Shown: in pieces, positions 52,817 to 62,615 of the stretch
Position numbering within the stretch: the first letter of the stretch is position 1
How the letters are laid out: the number at the start of each line of letters is the position of its first letter
DNA from: Longimicrobiales bacterium
GTDB taxonomy: Bacteria; Gemmatimonadota; Gemmatimonadetes; Longimicrobiales; Gaopeijiaceae
Assembly: GCA_965116905.1 (NCBI GenBank)
Contig: OZ220732.1
Location: forward strand, 2,400,001 to 2,464,000
DNA length: 64,000 nucleotides
Direction: 5' to 3'
The notes under the pieces: generated by a model
What the model saw: the letters and a program-made list of their open reading frames with translations, nothing else
What the model was told of the DNA's origin: nothing
Databases searched by the model: none
Position numbers and translations under genes: made by a program

Positions 52817-54142
52817 CTACAGGTTCGGGTTCGAGTCCTTTTCCCCGCGCGGGATCTGCATGCAGGTGGTCGTGCCGTACGTGTTGCCGTCGTACGGGTG
52901 GGTCCCCGTCGCGAAGGGCAGGTCGTGGCGCAGGAAGTCGAACAGCCTGCGGCCCTCCAGGTACAGTTCGCGGTAGCGCTCCTCCATGACCTGCGCCATC
53001 ACTTCGGCACGATCGTTCACGTCGGCGGGCTCGTACGGCGGCAGCCCCGCGGCCGCATGGAAGCCGTTGATGATGTCCACGGCCGTCTGGCCGAGTTCGA
53101 GCTCCGCGATGATGAGTTGCGCCTCGGCAGAGTTCGCGATCGCGATGGGGCTCGTCCACGCCGGGTACTTGTGAATCAGGCGCAGCGGCGAGCCGTCCTG
53201 CCCGATGCCCGAAAGCGTGCTTTCCACGCGCGGGTCGACCACGCCGCCGAACATCAGATTCTCGCCGTCGGCGGTGGGCTGGCCGTTCTCGTCGTTGAAT
53301 TCCGGCGAGATGAACCCATCCACGTGGTTGTGGTGGTAGATCCGGTTGTAGCGGTAGAGGTCCGCCGCCGAGTAGTTGGCGTCGAAGCGGAAACCCTCCG
53401 GCACCGCCGAGGCGTCGGACATGGCTCCCGAATTGTCGCCGAGGAACAGCCGCACCCCGGCGCGCCGGATCTGGGCCGCCATCGCCAGATCGGTCCGTCC
53501 CGCCGCCTGGGCGAGCGACATGGCCTCGCCCAGCGCCGACTCGGCGCTCTGCAGCATCTCGGTCTTCGACATGAGGGGTCCGACATCGATGGTCATCTCG
53601 CAGAACGCCTCGCCGAGAATGGCGCGCGAGAACGCACCATAGGTGGCCACGGTGGCGATCTTCTCGGCCCGGCCGGGCACGTCGCCGTCGCCCCACTCCT
53701 CGAAACGGGCCCGTGACGACTCGGCCGACACGCGTGCTTTCTGCACGGGTGTAAACACCCCGTAGCCGAACGCGGTGTTGCACAGCCTGACATCCCGGTC
53801 CTGTCCGATCTTGCGGTGATCCCACTCCGTCATCACGAGCCAGCCGGAACTGTGCCTCAGTTCGTCGGTCAACTGTCCGCTGGCCGCCACGAACTGGCTG
53901 AACGCGCACTCGAATTCGCCGATCGCGCTGTTCACCAGCACATCGGCGACCGATGGATTCTCCAGGTTTTCAGCGGCGACCTTGGTGGGCAGATCCACCT
54001 GCAGGAGGTCCTCGCACGCCGAGTTGAGGGTGGCGAGCATGAGCGCCGTCACGATTGGCATGAGGCGCGATCTGCCCGCCGGCATCCGGGACCGTACCGA
54101 TCCGCGCCGCCGGCGAGCCCCGTTGTTCATATGGGTCAACAT
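52817..54142 (-). CDS. RagB/SusD-family lipoprotein (start uncertain, possibly 54062)
   Basis: NSAC lipobox; AEAQLIIAE, ERYRELYLEGRRLFD; similar to 6159..7412. Confidence 0.88.
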   Translation of the reverse strand: MLTHMNNGARRRRGSVRSRMPAGRSRLMPIVTALMLATLNSACEDLLQVDLPTKVAAENLENPSVADVLVNSAIGEFECAFSQFVAASGQLTDELRHSSGWLVMTEWDHRKIGQDRDVRLCNTAFGYGVFTPVQKARVSAESSRARFEEWGDGDVPGRAEKIATVATYGAFSRAILGEAFCEMTIDVGPLMSKTEMLQSAESALGEAMSLAQAAGRTDLAMAAQIRRAGVRLFLGDNSGAMSDASAVPEGFRFDANYSAADLYRYNRIYHHNHVDGFISPEFNDENGQPTADGENLMFGGVVDPRVESTLSGIGQDGSPLRLIHKYPAWTSPIAIANSAEAQLIIAELELGQTAVDIINGFHAAAGLPPYEPADVNDRAEVMAQVMEERYRELYLEGRRLFDFLRHDLPFATGTHPYDGNTYGTTTCMQIPRGEKDSNPNL

Positions 54143-54175
54143 CTTGATATCTCTCCGTTTCCGTGCGGGGGTCGG

Positions 54176-57100
54176 TCAGTAGTTGAGCCGCAGGGTCACC
54201 CCCACGGTGGTTGCGGGCGGCATCGACGTCTGGTGGTAGGCTCCGCCTTCCCGGGCGGCGAACCACTGCCGCGTGAGCTCGACATCGATCTCCCTGCGTC
54301 CGAACGTGCCGGATTGCGCTTCCCAGAGGTTGAAGAGGTTGCGCGCCGCGATGGTCAGCGACCCGCCGGAGCTCCCTGCCAGCGAGGCGATGTCCTCGGA
54401 AAGCGTGTACGAGAGCGACAGTTCGCGCAGCTTGGCGAGTCCGCCCTTCAGCACCCCTGCCTGGACCCAGTTGCCCACGATTTCGCTCATCGCTGCGAGC
54501 CTCGCGTCCTCGCGCTCCAGGATCTGCCGCGAGTTCTGGAAGAGCAGGTGGGATGCGGCCAGGTCGCCGCTGATCTTTGTGTAACCGCCGGAGAAGTCGA
54601 CGAGCGCGAAGAGGCGGAAGTTCTGCATGAAGCGCAGCGATGTGTTGACGCCGCCGTACCAGGTGGGCACCGATGGCCCGCGGTACACCGGCTGGGCCAT
54701 CGAACACGGCACGGTGCCGCCGCCCTGCTCGGGAGTGGCCTCGCACTGGTCGTTGACGATGTTGCCGTTGGCGTCGAAGTCCGCCGAGATCACGTTCTCG
54801 ACGAAGATGCCGCCGATCGGCAATCCCTCCTGGTGCCTCTGGCCGAAGAGGAAGATCGTGGGCAGCCCGCCCAGATCGACGACTTCGCTGTTGTTGGTTG
54901 CATAGTTGAAGCCGATGTCCCAGTCCAGGAGGCCGCTCCGTACCAGCGTCGCGGTCCCCTCGATCTCGATTCCGCGGTTGTTGAGCTGTCCGACATTCAC
55001 GAACTGGGTGCCCGCGAATCCGCTGGACGGCGACACCGGCCGCGCGACGATCGCGTCCTTGGTGTTTTTGTTGTAGAAGGTGAATCCCAGCCCGATGCGG
55101 TCGTTCATCAGGCTGGCGTCGAATCCGACCTCGAGTTCCTCGCCCACTTCCGGCTGGAGGTCCGGATTGCCCACCGCGTCGGTGGTCAGGCCGGGCTGGT
55201 CACCGCCGGCCGTGATCGGCGCATACAGCCGGCGAGCCGCGAAGACATCCGGCTGTCGGCCGGCCCGTCCCCAGGCCGCCCGGAGTTTCAGGTTGTCGAC
55301 GAACGACGCGTTGAAGAATGCCTCTTCGCTCACGACCCACGAACCGCTGATCTTCGGGTACAGGACGAAGTCGTAGTTCGTGCCGAAGGCGCTGTTGTCG
55401 TCGCCCCGCATGGCGCCGGTCAGGAACAGGCGATTGCCCCAGCTCAGCCGTTCCTGGATGTAGACGCCCAGCGTCTTGTTCTCGATGAAGTCTTCCCAGC
55501 CGGTCTTGACGGCAGCCGATGACACCGTCCCGGGCCCTGGGGCGGGGAACTGGTCGCCCACCGCGCCGAACTCGTGGGTCCTCTTCACGTAGTACTGGGC
55601 TCCCGCCGAGGTTTCGGACGTGGTTCCCAGGAACGGGAGGTCCACGGTGGCCGTCGCCCCGTAGTCAAAGTTTGCCTGGGTCACGGCGCGGTCCGTGGTC
55701 TCGACGTGCCCGAGGCTCATCGAACCGAAGAAATCCGAGGATCCGATCGGTGACCTCGGCACCATGCGGCCGGAGATCGCGCTCCCGAAGTCGGCACCCC
55801 CGGTCACCCGGTGGACGAGCCAGGGGAATGGGTTGTGGCGAATCGTCGCGCTCGCGATGAGCCGGTCGATCCCCTCCGTGACATCGACTGTTTCCAGTGC
55901 CCACGGGGGCGTCCAGTTCCATCCGCGCCGGCGCTCGTCCTCGGCGGCGGCCGGCGTACCCCAGTAGATCGACGATACGAACTCGACGGGGAAGGGGCCA
56001 CCGCCATTGAAGCGTGATTTGGAGCGCACGAATCCCATGTTGGTCGCGATGCTCAGCTGCTCGTTGGGCGTCAGTTCCAGGTTGGCCCGCGCGGAATACC
56101 GGTTCCGGTGGTTCCAGTCGACGAACCCCTCGTCCCGGTCCATCTGTGCCGACACATAGTACCGGACGAGGTCCGTTCCGCCCCGCGAGGAGATCCCGTA
56201 CGTCTGATCGTGGCCGTAGTTGAACGGGATCCCGTGTCCGAGCGCCTGCTCGGACTTGAGGACCTCGAATTTTCGGACGCCGCTCGGCAGCAGTTCACAG
56301 TTGGGGCATGGGGCGGTCCCCTTGTCGTATACCGCGGGCCAGCGGTCGACGGCATTGGACAGGTAGGAGACTCCCTGACGCACCGTAACCTCCCACTGCG
56401 GTGCGCCCGCGGAGCCTCGTTTCGTGGTGATCTGGATGACGCCGGCCGAAGCTTCGGTGCCGTAGAGCGTTGCGGCGGCGGGACCCTTGATGACCTCGAC
56501 GCTCTCGATCTCCTCCGGATTCAGGTCGTTGAGCCGGCTGACGGCACCGCCGCGCATGGTGCTGTTCCCCTGATCGCTTCCGATGCGCGCGTTCGAGTTG
56601 TTGTCGATGCGCACGCCGTCGACGTAGACAAGCGGCCCGCTGCCCAGGCTCACGCTGCCGATGCCGCGGATCTTGATGGCCCCGCCCGTCCCGACATTGC
56701 CTGGCCCGGACGCCATGTTGAGTCCCGACACGTTGGAACTGAGCAACTCCTGAATCGTGCCTGACTGACCCACCTGCATCGCCTCGGCCATGTTGACCTG
56801 GGCGATCGTGGTCCCGATCGCGCGTGTCTGCGACCCTCCCGCGGTTCCCGTGACGACAATGGCGTCCAGATCGATCGCCGTCTCTTCCAGGTCGATTCGA
56901 ATCGAGCTCCCGGCGGCCACGGTTTCGGTGTGGTCACGATATCCAATCAGGACGACCCGCAGTGTCACCGTCTCTCCTTCGACATCCGTAAACAGGAACC
57001 TGCCGCTGGCATTGGTGACGGTCCCCTGCGCGGTGCCTTCGATCACAACCTGAGCGCCCGCGAGGGGCTGGCCGGTGCGGGCGGAGACGACGAGCCCCGT

Positions 57101-57232
57101 CACCGGTTCCTGGCTCAAGAGCAGCGGTACCGCCTCGACCGCCCAGCCGCCAGGGCCGTTAAGGGAGCTGGCCGGCAAAGCGATGAGGAGTGTCAGACAC
57201 CCCCCCGCCATCATTCTTGCAAGCCATTTCAT
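54176..57232 (-). CDS. SusC/RagA-family TonB-dependent receptor
   Basis: IKIRG, PLVYVDGV, EIESVEVIKGPAAATLYGTEASAGVIQITTK; terminal Y; ATG 57232 with GGAAGGAG. Confidence 0.93.
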   Translation of the reverse strand: MKWLARMMAGGCLTLLIALPASSLNGPGGWAVEAVPLLLSQEPVTGLVVSARTGQPLAGAQVVIEGTAQGTVTNASGRFLFTDVEGETVTLRVVLIGYRDHTETVAAGSSIRIDLEETAIDLDAIVVTGTAGGSQTRAIGTTIAQVNMAEAMQVGQSGTIQELLSSNVSGLNMASGPGNVGTGGAIKIRGIGSVSLGSGPLVYVDGVRIDNNSNARIGSDQGNSTMRGGAVSRLNDLNPEEIESVEVIKGPAAATLYGTEASAGVIQITTKRGSAGAPQWEVTVRQGVSYLSNAVDRWPAVYDKGTAPCPNCELLPSGVRKFEVLKSEQALGHGIPFNYGHDQTYGISSRGGTDLVRYYVSAQMDRDEGFVDWNHRNRYSARANLELTPNEQLSIATNMGFVRSKSRFNGGGPFPVEFVSSIYWGTPAAAEDERRRGWNWTPPWALETVDVTEGIDRLIASATIRHNPFPWLVHRVTGGADFGSAISGRMVPRSPIGSSDFFGSMSLGHVETTDRAVTQANFDYGATATVDLPFLGTTSETSAGAQYYVKRTHEFGAVGDQFPAPGPGTVSSAAVKTGWEDFIENKTLGVYIQERLSWGNRLFLTGAMRGDDNSAFGTNYDFVLYPKISGSWVVSEEAFFNASFVDNLKLRAAWGRAGRQPDVFAARRLYAPITAGGDQPGLTTDAVGNPDLQPEVGEELEVGFDASLMNDRIGLGFTFYNKNTKDAIVARPVSPSSGFAGTQFVNVGQLNNRGIEIEGTATLVRSGLLDWDIGFNYATNNSEVVDLGGLPTIFLFGQRHQEGLPIGGIFVENVISADFDANGNIVNDQCEATPEQGGGTVPCSMAQPVYRGPSVPTWYGGVNTSLRFMQNFRLFALVDFSGGYTKISGDLAASHLLFQNSRQILEREDARLAAMSEIVGNWVQAGVLKGGLAKLRELSLSYTLSEDIASLAGSSGGSLTIAARNLFNLWEAQSGTFGRREIDVELTRQWFAAREGGAYHQTSMPPATTVGVTLRLNY

Positions 57233-57678
57233 GTCGATCTCCTTCCCGCTGAAGTGTCGGGCCTCGGGATACAACCCGGGGCGAAGGCGCACGTGGTGCA
57301 CGGTGCGATCGGGCAGGGAATTGCGAGAGATGGATCGGCGAGCGGCAGTTGCCGGACCGCACTCGCCCCCAGAGCCCCGTTTCCGACGTGAAAACGGCGT
57401 TCCTACAGTCAATCGCACCCACGAAAGGCGCGGTGGTGATGGCGTCCCGCACAGCCATCAAGGACCTCCCAGGACAGCGCACTACGTCCGCCACAATAGC
57501 GCCGTGCGAGGGGCTTGGCCAGTATTGACGACAAATAAGTATACGAAACCGGATACCTGAATGACTGTACCCGAACCGCGCTTCCGTGCTACTCTTGAAA
57601 GCTGGGCGCCGGAATCGCGGCGGTGACTGCCGCGTTCCCCACCATGCAACGTTCCCCATCCTGCCCCGGACGAACTCC

Positions 57679-58935
57679 ATGAGCGACACGAAGACGGACA
57701 CCCGCAATCACGATTGTTCCGCGATCGACGACGACCCCGGCCCGACAGCTGCGCCGGAATCGGCGGCTGAGGCTTCCGGGCTGATCGTGCCTCCGGCGGC
57801 CGTCGACCGCCGCGGATTCCTCGGCAAGGCCGCCGTGGGGGCCGCCGGCGTGGCAGGCGCGGGCCTCGTCACGGCCTGTGGCGCCGAGGCCGGCGACGCG
57901 ATCGAGGGGGCTCCCGCCGTGCAGACGCAGCAGCGCGTGATGTGGCGGCTGGCTTCGAGCTTCCCCCGTGGCCTGGACGCCATCTACGGCTCGGCCGAGA
58001 TGCTGGGCGAGATCACAGCGTCTCTGACCGGCGGCCGTTTCCAGATCCGCGCGTACCCCGCGGGCGAACTGGTGCCGGGCCTGCAGGTCATGGACGCGGT
58101 CCAGCAGGGCACCGTGCAGGTCGGCCAGAGCACCAGCTACTACTACACGGGCAAGAACCAGGCGCTGGCCTTCGACGCCGGCGTGCCCTTCGGCATGACC
58201 GCGCGCCAGCAGGACGCGTGGCTGAACGAGGGCGGGGGACTGGAGGTGGTCCGCAGCGTCTTCGCCGACTTCAACATCATCTCGTTCCCGGGCGGGAACA
58301 CGGGCGGGCAGATGGGCGGCTGGTTCCGCAGGGAGGTGAATTCGGTCGAGGACCTGCGCGGCCTCAAGATGCGCATTCCCGGACTGGGCGGAGACGTCAT
58401 GGACCGGATGGGCGTCACGGTCCAGGTGCTCGCCGGCGGTGACATCTACCCGGCGCTCGAGCGCGGCGCCATCGACGCCACCGAGTGGGTCGGGCCCTAC
58501 GACGACGAGAAGCTCGGCCTGCACCAGGCCGCGCCCTACTACTACTACCCCGGCTGGTGGGAGCCGTCGGCTTCCGTTTCCTACGAGGTGAACCAGCAGG
58601 CGTGGGACAGCCTTTCCAGCGAATACAAGTCGGTCTTCGAGGTGGCCGCCCAGGCCACCGCGCGCCGGATGCTCTACTACTACGACGCCAGGAATCCGGG
58701 GGCGCTACAGCGCCTCATCGACGGCGGCACGCAGATGCGGTCGTTCTCGGACGACATCATGGTGGAGGCGCGGCGCACGATCGGCGAGATCCTCGAGGAC
58801 TACGCCGGGGCCGACCAGCAGTATCGCGAGGTCTACGACCACTGGCGCAACTTCAAGGAGGCGTCCTACCGCTGGTTCGGCACCGCGGAACTGCGGTTCG
58901 CGAGCTTCGCGTTCCCGGAGGGGACGTCGGCGTAG
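57679..58935 (+). CDS. dctP: TRAP substrate-binding protein, TakP/keto-acid type, twin-arginine signal
   Basis: DRRGFL; WRLASSFP, GNTGGQMGGWF, GLKMRIPG, ATEWVGPYDD, YYYPGWWEP. Confidence 0.92.
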   Translation: MSDTKTDTRNHDCSAIDDDPGPTAAPESAAEASGLIVPPAAVDRRGFLGKAAVGAAGVAGAGLVTACGAEAGDAIEGAPAVQTQQRVMWRLASSFPRGLDAIYGSAEMLGEITASLTGGRFQIRAYPAGELVPGLQVMDAVQQGTVQVGQSTSYYYTGKNQALAFDAGVPFGMTARQQDAWLNEGGGLEVVRSVFADFNIISFPGGNTGGQMGGWFRREVNSVEDLRGLKMRIPGLGGDVMDRMGVTVQVLAGGDIYPALERGAIDATEWVGPYDDEKLGLHQAAPYYYYPGWWEPSASVSYEVNQQAWDSLSSEYKSVFEVAAQATARRMLYYYDARNPGALQRLIDGGTQMRSFSDDIMVEARRTIGEILEDYAGADQQYREVYDHWRNFKEASYRWFGTAELRFASFAFPEGTSA

Positions 58936-58936
58936 T

Positions 58937-60259
58937 TCAGTTCACCAGCCCGGTCACCAGGCCCGGCCACTGGATGATCAGCAGCAGGCCGATGATCTGG
59001 ATGATGATGAACGGAATCACCGCACGGTAGAGGTCTGTCGTCTTCACCTCCGGGGGAGCCACACCCCTCAGATAGAATAGAGCGAAGCCGAAGGGCGGCG
59101 TCAGGAACGATGTCTGCAGGTTCATCCCGATCATGACGCCGAACCAGACGAGATCGATGCCGAGAAGCGCTGCCGCCGGGGCCAGCAGCGGGATGATGAT
59201 GAAGGCGATCTCGAAGAAGTCCAGGAAGAATCCGAGGATGAAGATCACCAGGTTGGCCACGAGCAACAGGCCGATGTGGCCACCGGGCAGGTTCGTCAGC
59301 AGGTCCTCGATCCAGATGTCGCCGTAGAGGCCGCGGAAGACCAGCGCGAAGGCGGTCGACCCGATCAGCAGGAACATCACCATCGTGGTCAGCTTGGTCG
59401 CGCCGATACACGCTTCCCGCAGCACCTTCAGCGACATGCGGCGGCGCGCGGAAGCGAGCAGAATCGCGCCAACCGACCCGATCGCTCCCGCCTCCGTGGG
59501 CGTTGCGACCCCCGCGAAGATCGACCCGAGCACGATCAGGATGAGCGCCAGCGGCGGCAGCATCACCACGGCCACCTTCTTCATCAGCGTGCCGAAATCG
59601 ATGTCCGTCATCTCGCGGGGCAGGGCGGGCGCGGCTTCCGGCTTCACGATGGCGACGCCACCCACGTACATCGCGTACATGGCGGCCAGCATGAGCCCCG
59701 GGATGAGTCCCCCGATGAACAGGTCGCCCACCGAAATGCCCAGCTGATCCGCGAGGACGACCAGCACGATGCTCGGCGGAATGATCTGTCCGAGCGTCCC
59801 CGAGGCGAGGATGACGCCCGAAGACAGCCGCGCCGAGTACTTGTAGCGCAGCATGACGGGGAGCGAGATGCTGCCCATGGCCACGACCGACGCGCCCACC
59901 ACGCCGGTGGCCGCCGCCAGCATTGCGCCCACGACGACCACTGCCAGCGCCAGGCCGCCGTTGTGCCGGCCGAAGAGGGTGCCGATCGTGGTCAGCAGGT
60001 CTTCTGCCAGCTTCGCCTTCTCGAGGACAAGTCCCATGAAGATGAAGAACGGGACGGCGAGAAGGACATAGTTCGACATCACCCCGAAGATCCGCTCGGG
60101 CATGGCGAACAGAAGTTGCCAGTCGAAGAAGCCGAGCTGCACGCCGATGAAAGCGAAGATCAGCGAAGCTCCGCCCAGTGCGAACGCGACCGGATACCCG
60201 CTGAAGATGATCAGGAAGATCACCACGAACATCAACGGAGCGAGGATGTTCGTTTCCAC
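58937..60259 (-). CDS. dctM: TRAP large permease
   Basis: GYPVAF, TGVVGASV, GTLGQIIPPS, ATPTEA, NLQTSFLTPPFG. Confidence 0.93.
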   Translation of the reverse strand: METNILAPLMFVVIFLIIFSGYPVAFALGGASLIFAFIGVQLGFFDWQLLFAMPERIFGVMSNYVLLAVPFFIFMGLVLEKAKLAEDLLTTIGTLFGRHNGGLALAVVVVGAMLAAATGVVGASVVAMGSISLPVMLRYKYSARLSSGVILASGTLGQIIPPSIVLVVLADQLGISVGDLFIGGLIPGLMLAAMYAMYVGGVAIVKPEAAPALPREMTDIDFGTLMKKVAVVMLPPLALILIVLGSIFAGVATPTEAGAIGSVGAILLASARRRMSLKVLREACIGATKLTTMVMFLLIGSTAFALVFRGLYGDIWIEDLLTNLPGGHIGLLLVANLVIFILGFFLDFFEIAFIIIPLLAPAAALLGIDLVWFGVMIGMNLQTSFLTPPFGFALFYLRGVAPPEVKTTDLYRAVIPFIIIQIIGLLLIIQWPGLVTGLVN

Positions 60260-60834
60260 TACAAACCGATCCCTCCGGCGGGTGCTTCAGCGCCCTCCTC
60301 GCCCTCGTCCCCGGCCTCCTCGCCGCGCCGCAGGATCGCGATGTCCTTGATCAGTTCCGAGACCCCCTGGACGACCAGTAGCACGAAGGCGACGATGATC
60401 ACCGCCTTGAGCGGATAGCGCGGCAGTCCGCCCGGATCCGGGGACGCTTCGCGCACCGCCCACGAGGCCTGAATCGAGGGCCAGGACACCCACAGCACGA
60501 AAACGGAGAAGGGCAGCAGCATGAGGACCGACCCCACGACGTTGATCCATGCGCGTGCCCGGGTCTGCAGTCGACCGTAGAGCACGTCGACGCGAACGTG
60601 CGCGTTCTCCTTGAGCGCGAACCCGGCGCCGAGCAGGAAGATCAGCGAGAAAAGGTACCACTGCAGTTCCAGGTAGAGATTGGAACTCAGGTTGATCCCG
60701 ATGAAACGCCCGAGATAGCGGACGATCGCGTTGTAGGCGCCGATCAGCACCATCGCCAGCGCCAGCCAGGAGATGAACCTTCCGAGGCCGGTGGTGACCC
60801 GGTCGACGACGCGGGTGTAGGGGTTGTCGTTCAT
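60259..60834 (-). CDS. dctQ: TRAP small permease
   Basis: ELQWYLF, HVRVDVLY, SPDPGGLP. Confidence 0.92.
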   Translation of the reverse strand: MNDNPYTRVVDRVTTGLGRFISWLALAMVLIGAYNAIVRYLGRFIGINLSSNLYLELQWYLFSLIFLLGAGFALKENAHVRVDVLYGRLQTRARAWINVVGSVLMLLPFSVFVLWVSWPSIQASWAVREASPDPGGLPRYPLKAVIIVAFVLLVVQGVSELIKDIAILRRGEEAGDEGEEGAEAPAGGIGL

Positions 60835-60846
60835 GTCGCGATCAGA

Positions 60847-62505
60847 CTACCACGCGGCGGCAGGGGTCAGCAAGCTTCGGCCCGTCATTTCGCGTGGTCG
60901 CGGTATTCCGAGCAATCGGAGGATCGTCGGCGCCACGTCCGCCAGCACGCCGTCGTCAAGCGAGGAGGCCGCCGGCCTTGCACGTCCTCCGTCGGCGGGC
61001 CGCCAGCCGTCGGCCGCCACCAGGAACAGCCGGACAGGGAAGGTCGTGTGTGCCGTGAATGCACTCCCGTCGTCGTCCAGCATCTTCTCGGCGTTGCCGT
61101 GGTCGGCGGTGACCAGCGCGATTCCGCCCGCTTCGGCGACGGCGTCCAGGACCCGCCCCACGCACGCGTCCACCGTCTCCACCGCCTCGACCGTCGCCGG
61201 GATGCTCCCCGTGTGGCCCACCATGTCCGCGTTGGCGTAGTTGACGAGGATGAAATCGTGCCGAGCCTCGTCAATGTGGCCGAGCAGCGCGTCCGTGAGC
61301 TCACAGGCACTCATGTCGGGCTTTAAGTCATACGTCGCAACGTTAGGTGAAGGAATGAGATGACGGTCTTCACCAGAGAAGGATTCTTCGACACCGCCAT
61401 TGAAGAAATAGGTGACGTGCGGGTACTTCTCCGTCTCGGCCATGCGGAGCTGGGTGCGCCCCGCCTCGGCGAGCACCGCCCCCAGCACGTTGTCGAGAGT
61501 TTGGGGCGGGAAGAGGACAGGGTGGGGGAATCCGTCCTCATAACGGGTCATGGCCACGAGGCTGGCGAAGGTGCCGCGCGGGCGGTCGAAGTGGGGGAAC
61601 GTGTCTTCGGTGAGGGCGGTCGTGAGTTGGCGGGCCCGGTCGGCGCGGAAGTTGAAGAAGAGGATGCCGTCTTCGGGCCGGATGCCATCCTCCGGCCGGA
61701 TGCCATCCTCGGGCCGGATGCCATCCTCCGGCCGGATGCCATCCTCGGGCCGGATGCCATCCCCGTCGATCACGACCGGAGGCAGGAATTCGTCGGTGGT
61801 GCCGGCCTCGTAGCAGCGGACCACGTACTCGGACGCGCCCTCCGCTCGGGGGCCGGACCCCTCGGCGATCGCCCGGTAGGCCCGCTCGGTGCGCGGCCAG
61901 CGGCGGTCCCGGTCCATCGCGAAGTACCGCCCGGATACCGTGGCGATCCGGAGGTCCCCGCTGCTGCTCTTCGCCCGCGACTCCAGTTCCCGGATCCAGA
62001 GGATGCCCGACGTGGGGGACGTGTCGCGCCCGTCCGTGATGCCATGGATCCGCACCGGCAAGCGTTCGCGCTCGGCCCAATCCAGGAGCGCATGGAGATG
62101 GCCGATTTCGCTATGGACACCCCCGTCGGAGCAGAGTCCGATCAGGTGCAGAGTGCCGCCGGTGGCCCGCAGTCCGTCCGCCAGCACCGCCAGTTCGGGG
62201 AGGGCGAAGAACGACCCGTCCCGGATCGCCGCCGAGATCCGCGTGACGTCCTGATGCACGATCCGGCCCGCACCGAGGTTCAGGTGTCCCACCTCGGAAT
62301 TGCCCATCTGTCCCGCGGGCAGGCCGACTGCTTCGCCCGAGGTGGCGAGCATGCTCCAGGGACACTCGGCCAGCAGCCTGTCCCGCACCGGTGTGCGAGC
62401 CATGGCAACCGCGTTGCCCCAGCGTTCGACTTCGTGCGGATCGGTCGCCCCCACGCCCCACCCGTCACAGACGATGAGGACGACGGGCTTCCTGCTATCG
62501 TTCAT
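60847..62505 (-). CDS. gpmI: 2,3-bisphosphoglycerate-independent phosphoglycerate mutase
   Basis: DGWG, GQMGNSEVGH, SDGGVHS, DGRD, GRYFAMDRD, FNFRADRA, AETEKYPHVT, DMVGH, ADHGNAE, AHT. Confidence 0.97.
   Translation of the reverse strand: MNDSRKPVVLIVCDGWGVGATDPHEVERWGNAVAMARTPVRDRLLAECPWSMLATSGEAVGLPAGQMGNSEVGHLNLGAGRIVHQDVTRISAAIRDGSFFALPELAVLADGLRATGGTLHLIGLCSDGGVHSEIGHLHALLDWAERERLPVRIHGITDGRDTSPTSGILWIRELESRAKSSSGDLRIATVSGRYFAMDRDRRWPRTERAYRAIAEGSGPRAEGASEYVVRCYEAGTTDEFLPPVVIDGDGIRPEDGIRPEDGIRPEDGIRPEDGIRPEDGILFFNFRADRARQLTTALTEDTFPHFDRPRGTFASLVAMTRYEDGFPHPVLFPPQTLDNVLGAVLAEAGRTQLRMAETEKYPHVTYFFNGGVEESFSGEDRHLIPSPNVATYDLKPDMSACELTDALLGHIDEARHDFILVNYANADMVGHTGSIPATVEAVETVDACVGRVLDAVAEAGGIALVTADHGNAEKMLDDDGSAFTAHTTFPVRLFLVAADGWRPADGGRARPAASSLDDGVLADVAPTILRLLGIPRPREMTGRSLLTPAAAW
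61662..61761. repeat. In-frame 18-bp tandem repeat x5.5 in gpmI (DGIRPE)
   Basis: GGATGCCATCCTC(G/C)GGCC units with alternating G/C variant. Confidence 0.95.
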
Positions 62506-62615
62506 CAGGGCACAGTGCACAGTGCGGATGTGCGGTCGGGGATTCGATGGAGGTCGGCGAAGCGACGGTACGCCGTTCCGTGCGGTGACCAATCTAACAG
62601 GAGAGCGGCGGACAC

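Noticed and set aside
57233..57678. Riboswitch upstream of SusC (also 10450-10826)
   Set aside because: No cobalamin, TPP or other consensus recognisable by eye; would need an Infernal/Rfam scan
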